NCBI GenBank assembly: GCA_963666575.2
Contig: CAXXYG010000013.1
Location: 32,099-96,098 of the forward strand
Length of the DNA stretch: 64,000 nt
Reading direction: 5' to 3'
DNA from: Prolixibacteraceae bacterium
Lineage (GTDB): Bacteria; Bacteroidota; Bacteroidia; Bacteroidales; Prolixibacteraceae
The position numbers and the translations under genes are program-made. The notes under the pieces are model-generated. The model made no database searches, was not told where the DNA came from, and was given only the letters and a program-made list of their open reading frames with translations. Positions 62,502 to 64,000 of this stretch are shown here, piece by piece; positions within the stretch are counted from its first letter, which is position 1; every line of letters begins with the position of its first letter.

Positions 62502-63089
62502 CTAATCATTCATTTTTAATAATCGCCTGATATAAAACAAACAATAAAAAACAGCTGAATAAAGTACAACCGCAATGGCATAATCCATCGGCGGAATACC
62601 TTTTCGCCCAAGAAATAATTTTACGGTATAAATTATTGAAAGAAAGACAAGGATAATTAAAGTATTTACATTCGGAGCTACTTGTTTTTTCATCAGAAGA
62701 AAGGCAGACACTAGCCATATTCCACCTAATAATATTAAAGCAATGCCTTCAATTAAATTGTGGTCAAAAACATTAACTATACCATGTATAAAAGGGACAG
62801 CCCCTACAAGGAGCATACTTCGTGATAATCCTTTTACAATCCTCATACGGTTTTGATTATTGTGGATCGGAGGGAACAAACGGACCTGTAAAGGTTCAAC
62901 TTTAAATTCGTCAGCGGGCAAATCATTTTCCGATAAAATTAATCCTCTTTTTAGTGCCTCCGATACAGCCAACTTAGCAGCTTCCTCCTGATAATGGCTT
63001 CGTTTTTTTAAAACATTCAGCACTTCAGCATCGCTATACTCAGCATAGGTTTGTATTAAATCCTTGTGACCTTCGTTATTTTTGCCCAT
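62502..63089 (-). CDS. hypothetical membrane protein
   Basis: 195 aa with a soluble helical N-terminal about 80 aa followed by 3-4 predicted TM helices. I recognise no family. Confidence 0.45.
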   Translation of the reverse strand: MGKNNEGHKDLIQTYAEYSDAEVLNVLKKRSHYQEEAAKLAVSEALKRGLILSENDLPADEFKVEPLQVRLFPPIHNNQNRMRIVKGLSRSMLLVGAVPFIHGIVNVFDHNLIEGIALILLGGIWLVSAFLLMKKQVAPNVNTLIILVFLSIIYTVKLFLGRKGIPPMDYAIAVVLYSAVFYCLFYIRRLLKMND

Positions 63090-63183
63090 CGTATTTTTTC
63101 AAATTCAAAATAAAAAGTTAGCCCCTTTGTGAAACATTCATTATTTTTGAATGTTCAACTAATTTTATAAAACCAACCAACGA

Positions 63184-64000
63184 ATGTACAACTTCGAATT
63201 AAAAAATCCAGTAAAAATTTTATTTGGTAAAGGACAAATTACCAATATTGATAAAGAAATACCACAGGGAGTAAAAATCCTTTTAACATATGGCGGTGGA
63301 AGTATTAAAAAAAATGGCGTATACCAGCAAGTAAAAGAAGCACTTACAGCCAGGGAGGTAATTGAATTTGGAGGAATTGAACCCAACCCACATTACGAAA
63401 CATGTATGGAGGCTGTTCAAATAATTAAAGCCGAAGGAATCGATTACATTTTATCAGTTGGTGGAGGCTCGGTTTTAGATGGCACTAAATTTATAGCTGC
63501 GGCGGCTCTTTGGGAAGGAAATGATCCCTGGGAAATTCTTGCTCTACCTGCCCCAAAACCTGTTACAAAAGCAATGCCTCTAGGTGCGGTTTTGACTTTA
63601 CCTGCCACCGGTTCCGAAATGAATGGCAATGCAGTTATCACACGTTGGGAGACAAAAGAAAAACTGGCATTTGCCTCACCACTGGTAATGCCACAATTTT
63701 CGGTCCTCGACCCTGAAACCATCTATTCACTTCCCGACAAACAGGTTGCTAACGGAATCGTTGATGCATTTATACATGTAATGGAACAATACCTCACCTA
63801 CCCAGTTAATGCAAAGATACAGGACCGTTTTGCCGAGGCCATCTTATTAAATTTAATTGAAGAAGGCCCCAAATACTTAAAAAACCGGACCGATTACGAT
63901 TCGGCAGCTAATTTTATGTGGAGTGCAACGATGGCCCTTAATGGACTAATAGGTGCCGGTGTTCCTCAAGATTGGGCAACGCATATGATTGGACATGAGT
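63184..64000 (+). CDS. iron-containing alcohol dehydrogenase (YqhD/butanol dehydrogenase-like), 3' end cut by window edge
   Basis: It is absent from the ORF track because there is no stop codon in the window. The ATG at 63184 gives MYNFELKNPVKILFGKGQI...LLTYGGGSIKKNG...SVGGGSVLDGTKF...LPATGSEMN. Confidence 0.8.
   Translation, partial: MYNFELKNPVKILFGKGQITNIDKEIPQGVKILLTYGGGSIKKNGVYQQVKEALTAREVIEFGGIEPNPHYETCMEAVQIIKAEGIDYILSVGGGSVLDGTKFIAAAALWEGNDPWEILALPAPKPVTKAMPLGAVLTLPATGSEMNGNAVITRWETKEKLAFASPLVMPQFSVLDPETIYSLPDKQVANGIVDAFIHVMEQYLTYPVNAKIQDRFAEAILLNLIEEGPKYLKNRTDYDSAANFMWSATMALNGLIGAGVPQDWATHMIGHE

Noticed and set aside
1-64000. I searched for tRNA, rRNA, tmRNA, RNase P, riboswitches and defence, toxin-antitoxin or restriction systems.
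   Set aside because: No cloverleaf-like GC-rich segments or conserved ncRNA cores were visible in any intergenic gap. Every sizeable ORF is accounted for by metabolic, envelope or cell-division functions. By-eye scanning cannot exclude small ncRNAs, and a covariance-model scan (Infernal/Rfam, tRNAscan-SE) would be decisive.

Overview
This is a 64-kb chromosomal segment from what looks like a low-GC Bacteroidota genome. That assignment is an inference from gene content: a mitochondrial-type aconitase/IDH/citrate-synthase operon as described for Bacteroides, ftsK-lolA and xerD/aroQ neighbourhoods, a GYDIA-type GHMP kinase, and DUF1080 and GIN-domain lipoproteins. The window is mostly housekeeping and central metabolism. 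In order it holds: GH29 fucosidase; acnA, two isocitrate dehydrogenases and gltA; a divergent GH3/GH2 glycosidase pair; a CUT2-type sugar/polyol ABC transporter with two polyol dehydrogenases; a 12-kb co-directional block joining leucine catabolism (mccB, enoyl-CoA hydratase, mccA, acyl-CoA dehydrogenase) to a mevalonate pathway (fni, HMG-CoA reductase, GYDIA kinase, MVD, mevalonate kinase) and lipA; an MFS sugar porter; thioredoxin; two tandem ClC channels; PBP1A; pckA; xerD; aroQ; pyk; lolA; ftsK; arcC-argF; several uncharacterised envelope proteins; and a truncated Fe-ADH. I found no rRNA, tRNA, CRISPR array, transposase, prophage or recognisable defence system. Five things deserve a second look. 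(1) The leucine-catabolism and mevalonate clusters are adjacent, and no HMG-CoA synthase or lyase is in the window. (2) One of the two adjacent IDH genes lacks the NADP-specificity residues. (3) A roughly 270-bp array of degenerate 21-bp (42-bp higher-order) tandem repeats lies in an intergenic region. (4) More than 20 reading-frame disruptions cluster in six genes, while about 50 kb is uninterrupted; these are either localised sequencing error or real gene decay. (5) Structured inverted-repeat elements occur in several intergenic gaps. All functional calls rest on my recognition of conserved motifs in the supplied translations, and no database search was run.
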